NCBI GenBank assembly: GCA_964518765.1
Contig: CAZFJC010000009.1
Location: 29,584 to 93,583 of the forward strand
Direction: 5' to 3'
Origin: an uncultured bacterium
GTDB taxonomy: Bacteria; Edwardsbacteria; AC1; EtOH8
Length of the DNA: 64,000 nt
A model generated the notes under the pieces. The model had not been told where the DNA came from. It made no database searches and worked only from the letters and a program-made list of their open reading frames with translations. The position numbers and the translations under genes are program-made. Each line of letters opens with the position of its first letter. Within the stretch, counting starts at the first letter, position 1. Below, piece after piece: positions 20,551-31,200 of the stretch.

Positions 20551-21785
20551 TCCAGTTTCCTCACCGCCAAGCAGGCGTTATGCCCGCCGAAACCGAAGGA
20601 GTTGGACAAGGCCGCCCGGATGTTCGCCTGACGCGGCCGGTTGGGCACATAGTCCAGGTCGCACTCCGGGTCGGGCGTTTCGTAGTTAGCAGTGGGGTGT
20701 ATCAGAGAGTTAGCCATGCACAGCACCGTGGCCACCAGCTCGATGCCCCCGGCCGCGCCCAGCAGATGGCCGGTCATGGACTTGGTGGACGATATGGCCA
20801 CCTTCCCGGCCCTGTCTCCGAACACCGACTTGATGGCCGCTGTCTCGTACTTGTCGTTGAGGTCGGTGGAGGTCCCATGGGCGTTTATGTAGTCAACCTC
20901 CTCTGGCTTCAGCCCGGCGGTGGCCAGCGCTCTCCTCATGGCCCGGGCCGCTCCCTCTCCCCCAGGGGCCGGAGCGGTGATGTGATGGGCGTCAGCGGTA
21001 GCCCCGTAGCCAGCCAGCTCCGCATAGATCCTGGCCCCCCGCGCCCTGGCGTGCTCCATCTCCTCCAGGATGACGATACCGGCGCCCTCGGCCATAACAA
21101 AGCCGTCCCGGTCCTTATCGAAGGGACGGGAGGCTTTCTCCGGCTGGTCGTTTCGGGTGGAGAGCGCCCTCAGAGCGCAGAACCCGGCCAGGGCCAGAGG
21201 GGTGATGGGTGCCTCGGCCCCGCCGCATATGACGGCGTCGCTCTCCCCCAGGACGATGCTACAGTAGCCCTCGCCGATGGCATGGGAGGCCGAGGCGCAG
21301 GCCGAGACGGTAGCGAAGTTGATGCCCTTGGCCCCGCAGTCCATGGAGATTCGTCCGGCGGCGATGTCCGAGATCATCATGGGCACGAAGAACGGGGACA
21401 CCTTGTCTGGACCGTGCTCCATAAGCTTACGGTGCTGATCCTCCCAGGTCTCGGTGCCGCCGATGCCGGAGGCGATGATCACCCCCACCCGGTCGGCCGC
21501 CTCGCCTTCGACCTTAAGCCCGGAGTCGGCCAAGGCCTGCTTGTAGGCGGCCATGGCGTAGTGGGTGAAGCGGTCCATGCGACGGACCTCCTTACGGTCT
21601 ATGTAGGCCGCCGGATCGAAATTCTTGACCTCGCCGGCTATTCTAGCCGAGTACCTGGAGGTGTCGAAGCGGGTTATCAGGCCGACGCCGTTCCGGCCCG
21701 CCTTTAGGCTTTCCCAGAAATCGGCCACATTGTTGCCCACGGGCGTCACTACCCCCAGACCGGTTATCGCCACACGACGTTTCAT
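20547..21785 (-). CDS. fabF: beta-ketoacyl-ACP synthase II
   Basis: KAS-II thiolase fold; active-site C (ATVSACASASHAIGE) and HGTSTxxND, GHLLGAAG motifs. Confidence 0.95.
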   Translation of the reverse strand: MKRRVAITGLGVVTPVGNNVADFWESLKAGRNGVGLITRFDTSRYSARIAGEVKNFDPAAYIDRKEVRRMDRFTHYAMAAYKQALADSGLKVEGEAADRVGVIIASGIGGTETWEDQHRKLMEHGPDKVSPFFVPMMISDIAAGRISMDCGAKGINFATVSACASASHAIGEGYCSIVLGESDAVICGGAEAPITPLALAGFCALRALSTRNDQPEKASRPFDKDRDGFVMAEGAGIVILEEMEHARARGARIYAELAGYGATADAHHITAPAPGGEGAARAMRRALATAGLKPEEVDYINAHGTSTDLNDKYETAAIKSVFGDRAGKVAISSTKSMTGHLLGAAGGIELVATVLCMANSLIHPTANYETPDPECDLDYVPNRPRQANIRAALSNSFGFGGHNACLAVRKLD

Positions 21786-21815
21786 ATGTTAAATATCCTG
21801 CATTGATTGTCTGCC

Positions 21816-21843
21816 GGGGCGCCGCGCTATGGCGTGGCGCCCC
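21816..21843. other. GC stem-loop GGGGCGCC-N12-GGCGCCCC in the acpP-fabF spacer (partial terminator or processing site)
   Basis: 8-bp perfect stem; no U-run. Confidence 0.3.
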
Positions 21844-21867
21844 TCTATCGGAAATTTCTATTCGATG

Positions 21868-22113
21868 TTACCCCTGCTTCTCGGCCAGCTTCTTCTCGAT
21901 GTAGCTGATGGCTGCCCCGACCGTGGTCAGTTTCTCGGCTTCCTCGTCCGAGATCTCCATGCCAAACTTCTCCTCCAGGGCCATCACCAGCTCCACCGTG
22001 TCCAGCGAGTCGGCCCCCAGGTCCTCGGTGAACGAGGCCTCCGGGGTCACCTGGGACGCGTCCACGCCCAGCCGGTCGATGATGATCTTCTTGACGTCGT
22101 CTACTACTGCCAT
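21868..22113 (-). CDS. acpP: acyl carrier protein
   Basis: [17 protein letters not shown] phosphopantetheine-attachment motif; AAGGAGG SD before the ATG at about 22113. Confidence 0.9.
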   Translation of the reverse strand: MAVVDDVKKIIIDRLGVDASQVTPEASFTEDLGADSLDTVELVMALEEKFGMEISDEEAEKLTTVGAAISYIEKKLAEKQG

Positions 22114-22282
22114 GGGGTTCACCTCCTTTGTTTGGGATTTTGTTTGGTTGGTAATTTGCTATACTTATATACTATTAATCTTGTTGTCGTTCCGAGTTCA
22201 GTTCCTGCTCAGCCATCGAAGGTTCTTTGCCGGATGCTTCGGCAGTCGAACAAAACGCCGTCCGCAGCATGACGGAATCCAA

Positions 22283-23023
22283 TCACATCACCAGCCCGCC
22301 GTCCACCTGGATCACCTGCCCGGTGATATAGGCGGCCGCGTCCGAGGACAGGAAACAAACTAGTTCGGCCACATCCTCAGCCGTGCCGAACCGGGCCAGG
22401 GGGATGGCCTTGAAGTAGGCCTCCTTGACCTCGTCCGAGAGCCTGTCGGTCATGGCCGACTGGATGAAGCCCGGGGCCACCGCGTTGCAGGTGATGTTGC
22501 GCGAGGCCAGCTCCTTGGCCACCGACTTGGTCAGCGAGATGAGCCCGCCCTTGGAGGCCGCGTAGTTGGTCTGGCCGGCGTTGCCCATCAGGCCGACCAC
22601 CGAGGAGATGTTGACGATGCGGCCGGAACGCTGCTTCATCATGATCCGGGTGACGGCCTTGGTCATCAGGAAGGCGCCCTTGAGGTTGACGTCCAGCACC
22701 AGATCCCAGTCCTTCTCGTCCATCCGCATCATCAGGTTGTCGCGGGTCACCCCGGCGTTGTTTACCAGAATGTCCAATGTCGGGAATGTCTCGGTGGCCT
22801 TCTTGACCAACTCGGCCACCTCGGCCGCGTCGGCCACGTTGCACTTGACGGCCAGCGACTTGACCCCCAGGCCCTCGATCTCCCTGGCGGCCGCCTCGGC
22901 CGCCACCAGGTTGACGTCCGAAACCACGATGTTGGCCCCGGCCCCGGCCAGCTTCAGGGCGATGGCCCTGCCGATGCCCTGGGCGGCTCCGGTGACGACG
23001 GCGGTCTTATCCTTCAAATTCAT
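22283..23023 (-). CDS. fabG: 3-oxoacyl-ACP reductase
   Basis: SDR family; TGAAQGIGRAIA NAD(P)-binding motif; YxxxK catalytic motif. Confidence 0.9.
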   Translation of the reverse strand: MNLKDKTAVVTGAAQGIGRAIALKLAGAGANIVVSDVNLVAAEAAAREIEGLGVKSLAVKCNVADAAEVAELVKKATETFPTLDILVNNAGVTRDNLMMRMDEKDWDLVLDVNLKGAFLMTKAVTRIMMKQRSGRIVNISSVVGLMGNAGQTNYAASKGGLISLTKSVAKELASRNITCNAVAPGFIQSAMTDRLSDEVKEAYFKAIPLARFGTAEDVAELVCFLSSDAAAYITGQVIQVDGGLVM

Positions 23024-23955
23024 TTCTTTATCGTCCCTAATGTCTCAGCCAAAGTCTTCGAGTCCTCGACGTTGTGGACGGTGACCTCGGGGGCGATCTT
23101 CTTCACCAGCCCCTTTAGCACCCGGCCCGGGCCGCACTCCACCATAGTGGTCACTCCAAGCGAGGCCATGTGCTTGACCGACTCCTCCCAGCGCACCGGC
23201 TTCTTCACCTGCTCGATCAGCAGCTCCTTGATGGTCCGCGGGCTTTGCACCGGCTCGGCCACCACGTTGGCGATGACCGGACACTTCGGCTCCTTTATCT
23301 CCACCCGCTCCAGGGCCTGCCTCATCCCGTACTGGGCGATGTCCATCAATTCAGAATGGAAGGCCCCCGAGACCTCCAGCTGGACGGCCCGCTTGGCCCC
23401 CTTGGCCTTGGCCAACTCCATGGCCTTGAGAACCGCCTCCACCTCTCCGGAGATGACCGTCTGGTCGGCCGAGTTGAAGTTGGCCGCCTCCACGATGCCG
23501 TGCTCCCGGGCCTCGTGGCACAGCCGCTCGACCTCGGCCGGCGAAAGGCCCAGCACCGCCGCCATGGTCCCAGGCTGGATATCCCCGGCCACCGCCATCA
23601 GGCTGCCGCGGATGCGCACCAACCGCACCGCGTCCTCGAGCGACAGGGCCCCGGCCGCCACTAGGGCCGAGTACTCGCCCAGGCTGTGCCCGGCAGTGTA
23701 GTCGAAACTGACGCCCTCTCGCTCCAGCAGCCGGAAGGCGGCCACCGAGTGGATGAGGATGGCCGGCTGGGCGTTGTGGGTCATGCGCAGCTCGGCCGGG
23801 GTGCTCTCGAAGGAAAGCTTGGCGATGTCGAATTTCAGGGCCTGGTTGGCCCGGTCATAGCACTCCTTGGCCAAAGGGTGGTTCTCGAAAAGGTCCTTGC
23901 CCATGCCTACGTACTGGGCCCCCTGCCCGGGGAAGATAATGGCCGTTTTTGGCAT
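23020..23955 (-). CDS. fabD: malonyl-CoA:ACP transacylase
   Basis: FPGQGAQYVGMG and GHSLGEYSA active-site motifs. Confidence 0.9.
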   Translation of the reverse strand: MPKTAIIFPGQGAQYVGMGKDLFENHPLAKECYDRANQALKFDIAKLSFESTPAELRMTHNAQPAILIHSVAAFRLLEREGVSFDYTAGHSLGEYSALVAAGALSLEDAVRLVRIRGSLMAVAGDIQPGTMAAVLGLSPAEVERLCHEAREHGIVEAANFNSADQTVISGEVEAVLKAMELAKAKGAKRAVQLEVSGAFHSELMDIAQYGMRQALERVEIKEPKCPVIANVVAEPVQSPRTIKELLIEQVKKPVRWEESVKHMASLGVTTMVECGPGRVLKGLVKKIAPEVTVHNVEDSKTLAETLGTIKK

Positions 23956-24047
23956 AATAGAAATCCCTTTGTTAATAGCAAATCCCTGAAAACTAAAGAC
24001 TGGATGTTGAATCCTGAGCTCTTCCTTCTGAATTCAGTTTTCAGTCT

Positions 24048-25028
24048 TCACCAGCGGATAAGCACCGCGCCCCAGGTGAACCCGGCCCCGAAGGCCACCA
24101 GCAGGACGATGTTTCCCGGCTTGATGCGGCCGGTGCGCACCGCCTCGTCCAGGGCGATGGGGATGGAGGCGGCCGAAGTGTTGCCGTACTTATGGATGTT
24201 GACGAACACCTTCTCGATGGGCAGTTCGAAGTGGCGGCCGATGGCCTCGATGATGCGGTTGTTGGCCTGGTGGGGGATGAGGACGTCCAGCCTGTCCTTG
24301 GGGATCCCGGCCCTCTCCAGCACCTTGTCGGCGGCATCGCTCATCTTGCGCACCGCGTGGGGGAAGACCTTGTTGCCCTCCATCTTTACCACGTGCATCC
24401 TGCCGTCCACCGTAGCGTGCGAGGCCGGGTTGAGGCTGCCTCCGGCGGGCTGGTAGAGCAGGTCGCCCAGGGAGCCGTCGGCCGCCACGAAGGTGGAGAG
24501 CATCCCCCGGTCCTCCTCGGTCCATCCCAGCACCGCCGCCCCGGCCCCGTCGCCAAAAAGGACGCAGGTGGCCCGGTCGGTCCAGTCGGTGATCTTGGTC
24601 AGCTCCTCCACCCCGATCACCAGCACCTTGCGTCCGTGGTCGTTCTCCACCAGGCTCCGGCCCAGCTCCAGGCCGTAGATGAACCCGGTGCAGCCGGCCG
24701 CCAGGTCGAAGGCGGCCGCTTGGGAGGCCCCTAGCCTAGTCTGCACCAGGCAGGCGGTCGAGGGGAAGGGCATGTCCGGGGTGATGGTAGCGACGATGAT
24801 GAAGTCCAGCTCCTCCGGTTTGACGCCCGAGGCCTCCAGGGCGTTCTTGGCCGCCCCCAGGGCCAGGTGAGAGGAGGGGGTCTTCTCGTCCGAGATCCGC
24901 CTCTCCTTGATGCCGGTACGCTGGGTGATCCACTCGTCGCTGGTCTCGACCATCTTCTCCAGGTCGGCGTTGGTAAGCACTTTGTCGGGCAGGCATGAGC
25001 CGGTGCCCAAAATGGCGACATGTCCCAT
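24048..25028 (-). CDS. fabH: 3-oxoacyl-ACP synthase III
   Basis: KAS-III; AAGCTGFIYGL active-site Cys; C-terminal NSFGFGG-like fold. Confidence 0.9.
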   Translation of the reverse strand: MGHVAILGTGSCLPDKVLTNADLEKMVETSDEWITQRTGIKERRISDEKTPSSHLALGAAKNALEASGVKPEELDFIIVATITPDMPFPSTACLVQTRLGASQAAAFDLAAGCTGFIYGLELGRSLVENDHGRKVLVIGVEELTKITDWTDRATCVLFGDGAGAAVLGWTEEDRGMLSTFVAADGSLGDLLYQPAGGSLNPASHATVDGRMHVVKMEGNKVFPHAVRKMSDAADKVLERAGIPKDRLDVLIPHQANNRIIEAIGRHFELPIEKVFVNIHKYGNTSAASIPIALDEAVRTGRIKPGNIVLLVAFGAGFTWGAVLIRW

Positions 25029-26174
25029 CTATTCCTCCACTTTCCCGAAATCCTTTACCTGTTGCCTAATGTGCTCGTTGACCCGGTGGGCCACGCAGCG
25101 GTAGGCCACCAGAACCGCATTCTTGATGGCCTTGGCGGTGGAGCGGCCGTGGCAGATGATGCAGACGCCGTTGACCCCCAAAAGCGGCGCCCCGCCGTAC
25201 TCCTCGTAGTCCAGGTCCTTGGCGAACCGCTTCAGGGCGGGCTTGATGAGCATCCCCCCCAGCTGGGCGAAGATGCTGGTGTAAACATAGCGCTTGATGG
25301 ATCCGAAGAACATGCGGACCACGCTCTCGGCGAACTTGAGGATGACGTTGCCGATGAACCCGTCGCAGACCACCACGTCGGCCGAGCCCCGCAGGATGTC
25401 CTTGCCCTCGATGTTGCCGATGAAGTTGAGCTTGCTGTCCAGCAGCAGCTGGTGGGTCTGCTGGATACGGTCGTGGCCCTTGCTGGCCTCCTCGCCCACC
25501 GACAGCAGCCCCACCTTGGGGTGCGGCTTGTCGAAGACGTAGCGGGCGAAGGACGTGCCCATGGCGGCGAACTGAAGCAGCTGCTGGGGCCTGCAGTCCA
25601 GGTTGGCCCCCACGTCCAGGATGATGCAGCCGCCCAGCTCGGTGGGCATGAAGCTAGCGATGGCCGGCCGGGATACCCCCTCCAGACGTCCCAGGGTTAG
25701 CAACGAGCCGGCCATGACCGCCCCGGTGCTTCCCGATGAGATGAAAGCCTCGGCCTCCCCCTGCTTTTGCAGGCGCAGGCCCACCAGTATCGAGGAATCC
25801 CTCTTGTTGCGCAGGGCCTCGGTGGGCGTCTCGTGCATATCGATGCTCTGGGAGGCATGCACTAGCCGCACCCCGTACTTGTTCAGATCGTCCTCCTTGT
25901 ACTCGGCCTTGCCCACGCCGGTGGCCAGCTCGGTCCTGATGGCCACCTCGTCACCCACCAGAATCACCTGGTAGCGGCCCCTGGCGATACGGGCCGCCTC
26001 GATTGCTCCCTCGATGTTGGGGGCGATGCCGTTGTCCCCGGCCATGGCATCCACCGCTATACGAATCGGGCCGCTGAAACCGTTCTCGACCGGTTGGTTC
26101 AGCCCAGCCCCGGCGGTGAGCTCACCAACCTTGCGCCTCTCGGTCTTCCTCTGGCTGGTGGACCTGGTCTGCAT
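25029..26174 (-). CDS. plsX: phosphate acyltransferase
   Basis: IRIAVDAMAGDNGIAP PlsX signature; start codon uncertain because the ORF-track start gives a longer-than-usual N-terminus. Confidence 0.85.
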   Translation of the reverse strand: MQTRSTSQRKTERRKVGELTAGAGLNQPVENGFSGPIRIAVDAMAGDNGIAPNIEGAIEAARIARGRYQVILVGDEVAIRTELATGVGKAEYKEDDLNKYGVRLVHASQSIDMHETPTEALRNKRDSSILVGLRLQKQGEAEAFISSGSTGAVMAGSLLTLGRLEGVSRPAIASFMPTELGGCIILDVGANLDCRPQQLLQFAAMGTSFARYVFDKPHPKVGLLSVGEEASKGHDRIQQTHQLLLDSKLNFIGNIEGKDILRGSADVVVCDGFIGNVILKFAESVVRMFFGSIKRYVYTSIFAQLGGMLIKPALKRFAKDLDYEEYGGAPLLGVNGVCIICHGRSTAKAIKNAVLVAYRCVAHRVNEHIRQQVKDFGKVEE

Positions 26175-26193
26175 GCTGGCAGTTCGAAAAACG

Positions 26194-26376
26194 TTAGACT
26201 TCCTTTATTTGGACTATCTCCCGTCCCCCATAGTAGCCGCAGTGGGGGCAGGCCCGGTGCGGCATCCGAGGCTGCTTGCAATGGGAGCACTGCACCAGGT
26301 TGGGGGGCGTCAGCTTCCAGTTGGCCCGCCGCTTGTTGGTGCGGGAGTTGGAGTGTCGCCTCTTGGGAACAGGCAT
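26194..26376 (-). CDS. rpmF: 50S ribosomal protein L32
   Basis: MPVPKRRHSNSRTNKRRA..CxxC...CxxC; classic L32. Confidence 0.9.
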   Translation of the reverse strand: MPVPKRRHSNSRTNKRRANWKLTPPNLVQCSHCKQPRMPHRACPHCGYYGGREIVQIKEV

Positions 26377-26417
26377 TGCTATATCTCCTTAGTAATATGT
26401 TACGCCGCTCCGGCTGT

Positions 26418-27095
26418 TTACTTTTCGAGGTAGGACACCGGACAATTGAGCATCGGGTGCTGGGTGGGCGCCAGGTTGAGGGCCCTCCTGAGCTTGTCGG
26501 CCTCCATCGAGGCCCGCGGCCTGGTGGCCAGGCCGGCCCCGGCGCAGAAGAGAGCGATGTTCTGGGAGACGATTCCCGCGTCCTCAGCCGCCCACACCAT
26601 CTTCAGGGAGTCGTCGCCGTGGCGGAATCTGGAGACGTCGGAGACCAGCAGGCAGACGGCCGGGGCCCCGGCGAACTTGTCCTGCCGCCCTGCGGCCAGG
26701 GGGCGGAAGTCGCCCTTGGCCACCGGCTCCAGCTGGTGCCCGGGGGCATCGTAGCGGTAGGCCCCCTCCTCCAACAGCAGGTAAACATCGATATCTTGGG
26801 CGTTCATGGCCGAGGGAGCCGTCCTCTTGCCGCTATGGGGCCGGTTGACCCCGTTGGCCGCCCACAGCAGGTCGGATAGGTCCTGGAGGCTTAGTTTTCT
26901 ACCGCCGAACTCCTGGGCCGAGGCCCTGGCCTCCAGCGCCCGCATCACCGTCAGCCCCCGGTCCAGCCGGGGTGGCTTGAGCTTGACGGATTCGAGCTTC
27001 TGGGCGCTACTGGCTCCGCTCATGAAGATCAAGGAAATGGACAGGACTACTATTTTAATATGGAAACGATTTTCCCCGACAAAGGGCAAGTTCAT
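26418..27095 (-). CDS. nitroreductase-fold (SagB/ThcOx-type dehydrogenase-like) protein with a predicted signal peptide
   Basis: N-terminal hydrophobic segment; nitroreductase-like fold motifs. Confidence 0.55.
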   Translation of the reverse strand: MNLPFVGENRFHIKIVVLSISLIFMSGASSAQKLESVKLKPPRLDRGLTVMRALEARASAQEFGGRKLSLQDLSDLLWAANGVNRPHSGKRTAPSAMNAQDIDVYLLLEEGAYRYDAPGHQLEPVAKGDFRPLAAGRQDKFAGAPAVCLLVSDVSRFRHGDDSLKMVWAAEDAGIVSQNIALFCAGAGLATRPRASMEADKLRRALNLAPTQHPMLNCPVSYLEK

Positions 27096-27127
27096 GGATT
27101 CCTGGCTTCCTTATTTAGCCCCTGGAA

Positions 27128-28108
27128 TCAGATCTCGGCGCTGTCAAGGATCTCCAGCACCAGCCGATCGTAGTCCATGCCCTCGGCAGCGGCCTCGGCC
27201 GGCAGATCCGAGAGGTCGGTCATCCCCGGCAGGGTGTTGACCTCCAGCACCCAGGGCGTTCCGGAACGGTCCACGATGGCATCCACCCGCGACCAGCCCC
27301 GGCAGCCCAAAGCACGGTGGGCAGCCACCGCCGTCTCCTGGACCTTGCGGTAAAGCGCGCCAGGCAGGCGGGCCGGCACGTGGAACTCGGTCAGGCCCGG
27401 GGTGTACTTGGCCTTGAAATCGTAGAACTCGCTCTTGGAGACCAGCTCCAGCACCGGCAGGGCCCGGGACCCGGAGTCGGTGCCTAATACCCCGGTGGTC
27501 ACTGCCATCCCCGACACGTAGCGCTCCACTATGGCCTGGCCGTACTTCCTGAGGACGGCCCTGGCGTCCCTCTCGGCCTGCGCCGGCGTCTTGGCGATGG
27601 TGACCCCCAGGGAGGACCCCTCGGCCGCCGGTTTAATCACCACCGGCAGGCCCAGCATCTCCAAGCAGTGCTCGGGATCGACTTTTTCATCACGGTACCG
27701 ACCCAGCCAGCAGTAGTTGGGGGTGGGGATGCCCGATTCCTGGAATATCTTCTTGGAATAGCCCTTGTGCATGGCCAAGGCCGAGGCCAGCACCCCGGAG
27801 CCGGTGTAGGGTATGCCCATCATCTCCAGCAGCCCCTGGATGGTTCCGTCCTCCCCGAACGGCCCGTGGAGTATGATGAAGGCGACCTCCACCTTTTGCT
27901 TGACCAGCTTCTGGGCGATATCCCGACCGACATCGATGCCTACGGCATCCAGCCCCTGTCGCTTGAGCGCCGCCAGCACGTTCTTGCCCGACCTTAAGCT
28001 GACCTCCCGCTCCCCGGACCAGCCGCCCATCAACACCCCGATCCGCTTTTGGGCGAAGCGCCGCTTGATGGCCGTATATCGTTTGGTGTTCATATAGACT
28101 GCCCGCAA
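27128..28108 (-). CDS. ddl: D-alanine--D-alanine ligase
   Basis: IGVLMGGWSGEREVSLRSG N-terminus; ATP-grasp motifs. Confidence 0.9.
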   Translation of the reverse strand: MRAVYMNTKRYTAIKRRFAQKRIGVLMGGWSGEREVSLRSGKNVLAALKRQGLDAVGIDVGRDIAQKLVKQKVEVAFIILHGPFGEDGTIQGLLEMMGIPYTGSGVLASALAMHKGYSKKIFQESGIPTPNYCWLGRYRDEKVDPEHCLEMLGLPVVIKPAAEGSSLGVTIAKTPAQAERDARAVLRKYGQAIVERYVSGMAVTTGVLGTDSGSRALPVLELVSKSEFYDFKAKYTPGLTEFHVPARLPGALYRKVQETAVAAHRALGCRGWSRVDAIVDRSGTPWVLEVNTLPGMTDLSDLPAEAAAEGMDYDRLVLEILDSAEI

Positions 28109-28157
28109 AAACGCAAAAGGGATATCCGTTCGTGCGTTTCGCGTTTTTCGCTGGGGA

Positions 28158-28874
28158 TCAGCTTATAAGTTCCTTGATGTCGCGCACCGCCCGATCCAGG
28201 CCCACCATCACCGCCCGGGCCACGATGGCGTGTCCGATGTTCAGCTCTACTATCTCGGGTACGGACGCGATATCCCTGACGTTGTGGTAATCCAGCCCGT
28301 GGCCGGCATGCACCTCCAAACCCAGGGAGCTGGCCAGCTTCGCCGCTTGGACAATGGCTTCGAGTTCTGCTTTCCGTTTTCTGCCTTCTGATTTGGAGTA
28401 GGCGTCGGTGTTGATCTCCACCGCCTGTCCCCCCAGCCTCTTGGCCTGTTTGATCTGGAACGGCTCGGCCTCCACGAAGAAGGTCACCGATATCCCGGCC
28501 GCGGCCAGCTTTCTGGCGATGGGCGCTGTTCTTTTTCCGACCTTCACCAGGTCCAGACCGCCCTGGGTGGTCACCTCGTCGGGCCGCTCCGGCACCAGGC
28601 AGACCGCGTCCGGCCTGACCCTGAGGGCGATGCGCAGCATCTCCTCGGTGGCCGCCATCTCTAGGTTGAGGTGGGTGCGGACGGTCTGGCGCAACAGCTC
28701 CAGGTCGCGATCCTGGATGTGCCGCCGATCGGAGCGGAGGTGAACGGTGATGCCATCGGCCCCGGACAGGGTGGCCACGGCCGCCGCCGCCACCGGATCC
28801 GGGTCGTGGGCCTTCCTGGCCTGCCGCAGGGTGGCCACGTGGTCTATATTGACGCCCAATCTGACGGTACGCAT
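28158..28874 (-). CDS. pdxJ: pyridoxine 5'-phosphate synthase
   Basis: LGVNIDHVATLRQAR signature; TIM-barrel motifs; start taken at MRTVRLGVN. Confidence 0.85.
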   Translation of the reverse strand: MRTVRLGVNIDHVATLRQARKAHDPDPVAAAAVATLSGADGITVHLRSDRRHIQDRDLELLRQTVRTHLNLEMAATEEMLRIALRVRPDAVCLVPERPDEVTTQGGLDLVKVGKRTAPIARKLAAAGISVTFFVEAEPFQIKQAKRLGGQAVEINTDAYSKSEGRKRKAELEAIVQAAKLASSLGLEVHAGHGLDYHNVRDIASVPEIVELNIGHAIVARAVMVGLDRAVRDIKELIS

Positions 28875-29028
28875 TCTTTCCGATCCGCTAATGGACACGA
28901 ATGGGCACTAATCAGTGCATACTTTATGGACATTCGTGGCGAAAGACCTTGGCAACAATAAACCACGGCTTCTAGCCTTTGCAGATTTTTACTGCATCCG
29001 CCAAAGACCGTGGTTTATGGGGCCCGGG

Positions 29029-29319
29029 CTACTTTTTGATGATGGCCCAGGGTAGAAGCACGCAGTAACCCAGCACCAGGAGGATCGGGGCCGCGTTCAT
29101 GGCCAGCCAGCCGTAGGTCCCGCCCTTGAAAGGGTGGATGAAGGGGAATCCGCCCCCGAAGACCGGGCTGGACAGGAAGATGAACCCTAGGACGATGGCC
29201 GCCAGGGCCAGTCCGAAGAGGAGGAGATTCTTCTTCCCGAACCCGATCGGTGTCTCGGCCACCGCCGCCTTGCGCTGCTGGGCTCTCTCCTTCGAGGCGA
29301 TCTTTGATTTTTTAGCCAT
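29029..29319 (-). CDS. small membrane protein (two TM helices), unknown function
   Basis: 96 aa; basic N-terminus followed by two hydrophobic helices. Confidence 0.5.
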   Translation of the reverse strand: MAKKSKIASKERAQQRKAAVAETPIGFGKKNLLLFGLALAAIVLGFIFLSSPVFGGGFPFIHPFKGGTYGWLAMNAAPILLVLGYCVLLPWAIIKK

Positions 29320-29411
29320 AATAATAGATAATAAGTATACTAAATTTTAAGGCCTATTGTCAACCTTGCGCCGGCCGCGATTTACCTAATAGCGTATTGC
29401 CTTCCAATGGA

Positions 29412-31199
29412 TTAGCTTTCGGAGGGCTTCCGGATCGCCAGGCCCAGCTCCTCGAGCTGCCTGGGGTCGACCGCCGACGGTGCCCCCTCCATCAGGCCCG
29501 AGCCCGAGGTGGTCTTGGGGAAGGCGATAACGTCCCGGATGCTCTCCGATCCTGTCATCAGGGCCACCAGCCGGTCCACACCCGGCGCGATGCCGCCGTG
29601 GGGCGGCGCGCCGCACTCGAAGGCCTCCAGCAGGAACCCGAACTTTTTCTGGGCCTCCTCCGGAGAAAGCCCCACCACCCTCATCACCCGCTCCTGGATG
29701 TCCCGGCGGTGAATGCGGATCGAGCCCGAGGCCAACTCGGAGCCGTTGCATACCAAGTCGTAGAGCTGCCCCAGCACCTTGCCGGGGTCGGTCTCCAGGT
29801 ACTGCAGGTGATCCTCCCTGGGCATGGAGAACATATGGTGCTCGGCCTCCCAGGCCTTGGCCTCCTCGTTGTACTTGAATAATGGGAAATCGGTGATCCA
29901 GCCGAAGGCGTACTGTTCCTTGGGAATCATATTCAGCTGCTTGGCCAGCTCCAGCCGCAACGCCCCCAAAGCCTGGCAGGCTTTTTCCGGCTTATCGGCC
30001 ACGATGAGGACAGTCCTCTCCTCCCCGCCGCCGGCCGCCTGCAGGATGCCCTCGGCCGCCCCGCCCATGATGTGCTTGGCGATTGGCCCCTCCAGCTTTT
30101 CGGCCGTGCCCCGCAGCCAGGCCAGGCCCGAGGCGCCCAGGGATTTTACCAGGGCGGTGTGCCTGTCCACCTGGCTGCGGGAGAGCACCGCCGGGACGCA
30201 CAGGCACTTGGCCGCGCCGCCGGCCTCGATCACCTTGCGGAACGGCTCGAAATCGGACCGGCCGGCCGGTTCGGTGACGTCGACTATCTCCAGGCCGAAA
30301 CGCATGTCAGGCTTGTCCGAGCCGAACCGGGCCATGGCCTCGGCATAGGTCAGCCTGGGGAACGGAGTCTGAATGCTGACCCCGAAAACCTCGGCCAGCA
30401 CCTTCGAATACATCTCCTCCACCAGGGCGAAGACGGCCTCCTGGTCGGCGAAGCTCAACTCGATGTCTATCTGCGAGTGCTCGGGCTGGCGATCGGCCCT
30501 CAGGTCCTCGTCGCGCAGGCAGCGGGCGATCTGGAAATATTTATCGAACCCGGCCACCATCAGGATCTGCTTGTAGATCTGGGGCGACTGGGGCAAAGCG
30601 TAGAATTTGCCCGGCTGGGTGCGGCAGGGCACCAGGTAGTCCCGGGCGCCCTCGGGCGTGCTGCGGGTTAAAAGCGGGGTCTCTATCTCCAGGAAGCCCC
30701 GCTCATGAAGGAACTTACGTATTTCGAATAGGAATTTGTGCCTGAGCTCAATTTTCCTGGCCAGAGACGGCCGCCGCAGGTCCAGGTAGCGGTGCTTGAG
30801 CCTGAGCTCCTCCGAGGCGTTGGTATTATCCTCGATGGCGAACGGCGGCACTTTCGACTCGTTCAAAACCTTCAATTCCTTTACCAACACCTCGACGTCG
30901 CCGGTCGGCATCCTGGGGTTGGCCTGGCCCTGCGGCCGCTCCCGCACCACCCCTTTGACCGCCACCACGAACTCGGAGCGCAGCTCCGCGGCCCGGTCCG
31001 CCAGCTCCTTGTCGGCGGTGGGGTCGAAGACGGCCTGTACCACTCCGTAGCGATCGCGCAGGGTGACGAACAGCAGCCCGCCGAAATTGCGGGAGTGGTG
31101 CACCCAGCCGAAAAGGGTCGCCTCCTTGCCGGCGTCGGATTTGCGAAGCTCGCCGCAGGTGTGGGTGCGGGACCAGGCTGATAAGGAATCGAGTTTCAT
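29412..31199 (-). CDS. aspS: aspartate--tRNA ligase
   Basis: [10 protein letters not shown]-terminus; OB fold; class II motifs; [14 protein letters not shown] motif 3. Confidence 0.95.
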   Translation of the reverse strand: MKLDSLSAWSRTHTCGELRKSDAGKEATLFGWVHHSRNFGGLLFVTLRDRYGVVQAVFDPTADKELADRAAELRSEFVVAVKGVVRERPQGQANPRMPTGDVEVLVKELKVLNESKVPPFAIEDNTNASEELRLKHRYLDLRRPSLARKIELRHKFLFEIRKFLHERGFLEIETPLLTRSTPEGARDYLVPCRTQPGKFYALPQSPQIYKQILMVAGFDKYFQIARCLRDEDLRADRQPEHSQIDIELSFADQEAVFALVEEMYSKVLAEVFGVSIQTPFPRLTYAEAMARFGSDKPDMRFGLEIVDVTEPAGRSDFEPFRKVIEAGGAAKCLCVPAVLSRSQVDRHTALVKSLGASGLAWLRGTAEKLEGPIAKHIMGGAAEGILQAAGGGEERTVLIVADKPEKACQALGALRLELAKQLNMIPKEQYAFGWITDFPLFKYNEEAKAWEAEHHMFSMPREDHLQYLETDPGKVLGQLYDLVCNGSELASGSIRIHRRDIQERVMRVVGLSPEEAQKKFGFLLEAFECGAPPHGGIAPGVDRLVALMTGSESIRDVIAFPKTTSGSGLMEGAPSAVDPRQLEELGLAIRKPSES

Positions 31200-31200
31200 A

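Noticed and set aside
20580-21707. 375-aa ORF antisense to fabF, plus similar antisense or alternate-frame ORFs (601..1152, 8712..9557, 36499..37455, 35268..35915, 45496..46275, 25020..25700, 53430..54620, 60557..61594, 60969..62144)
   Set aside because: All overlap confidently identified genes on the other strand or frame. They are high-GC artefacts.
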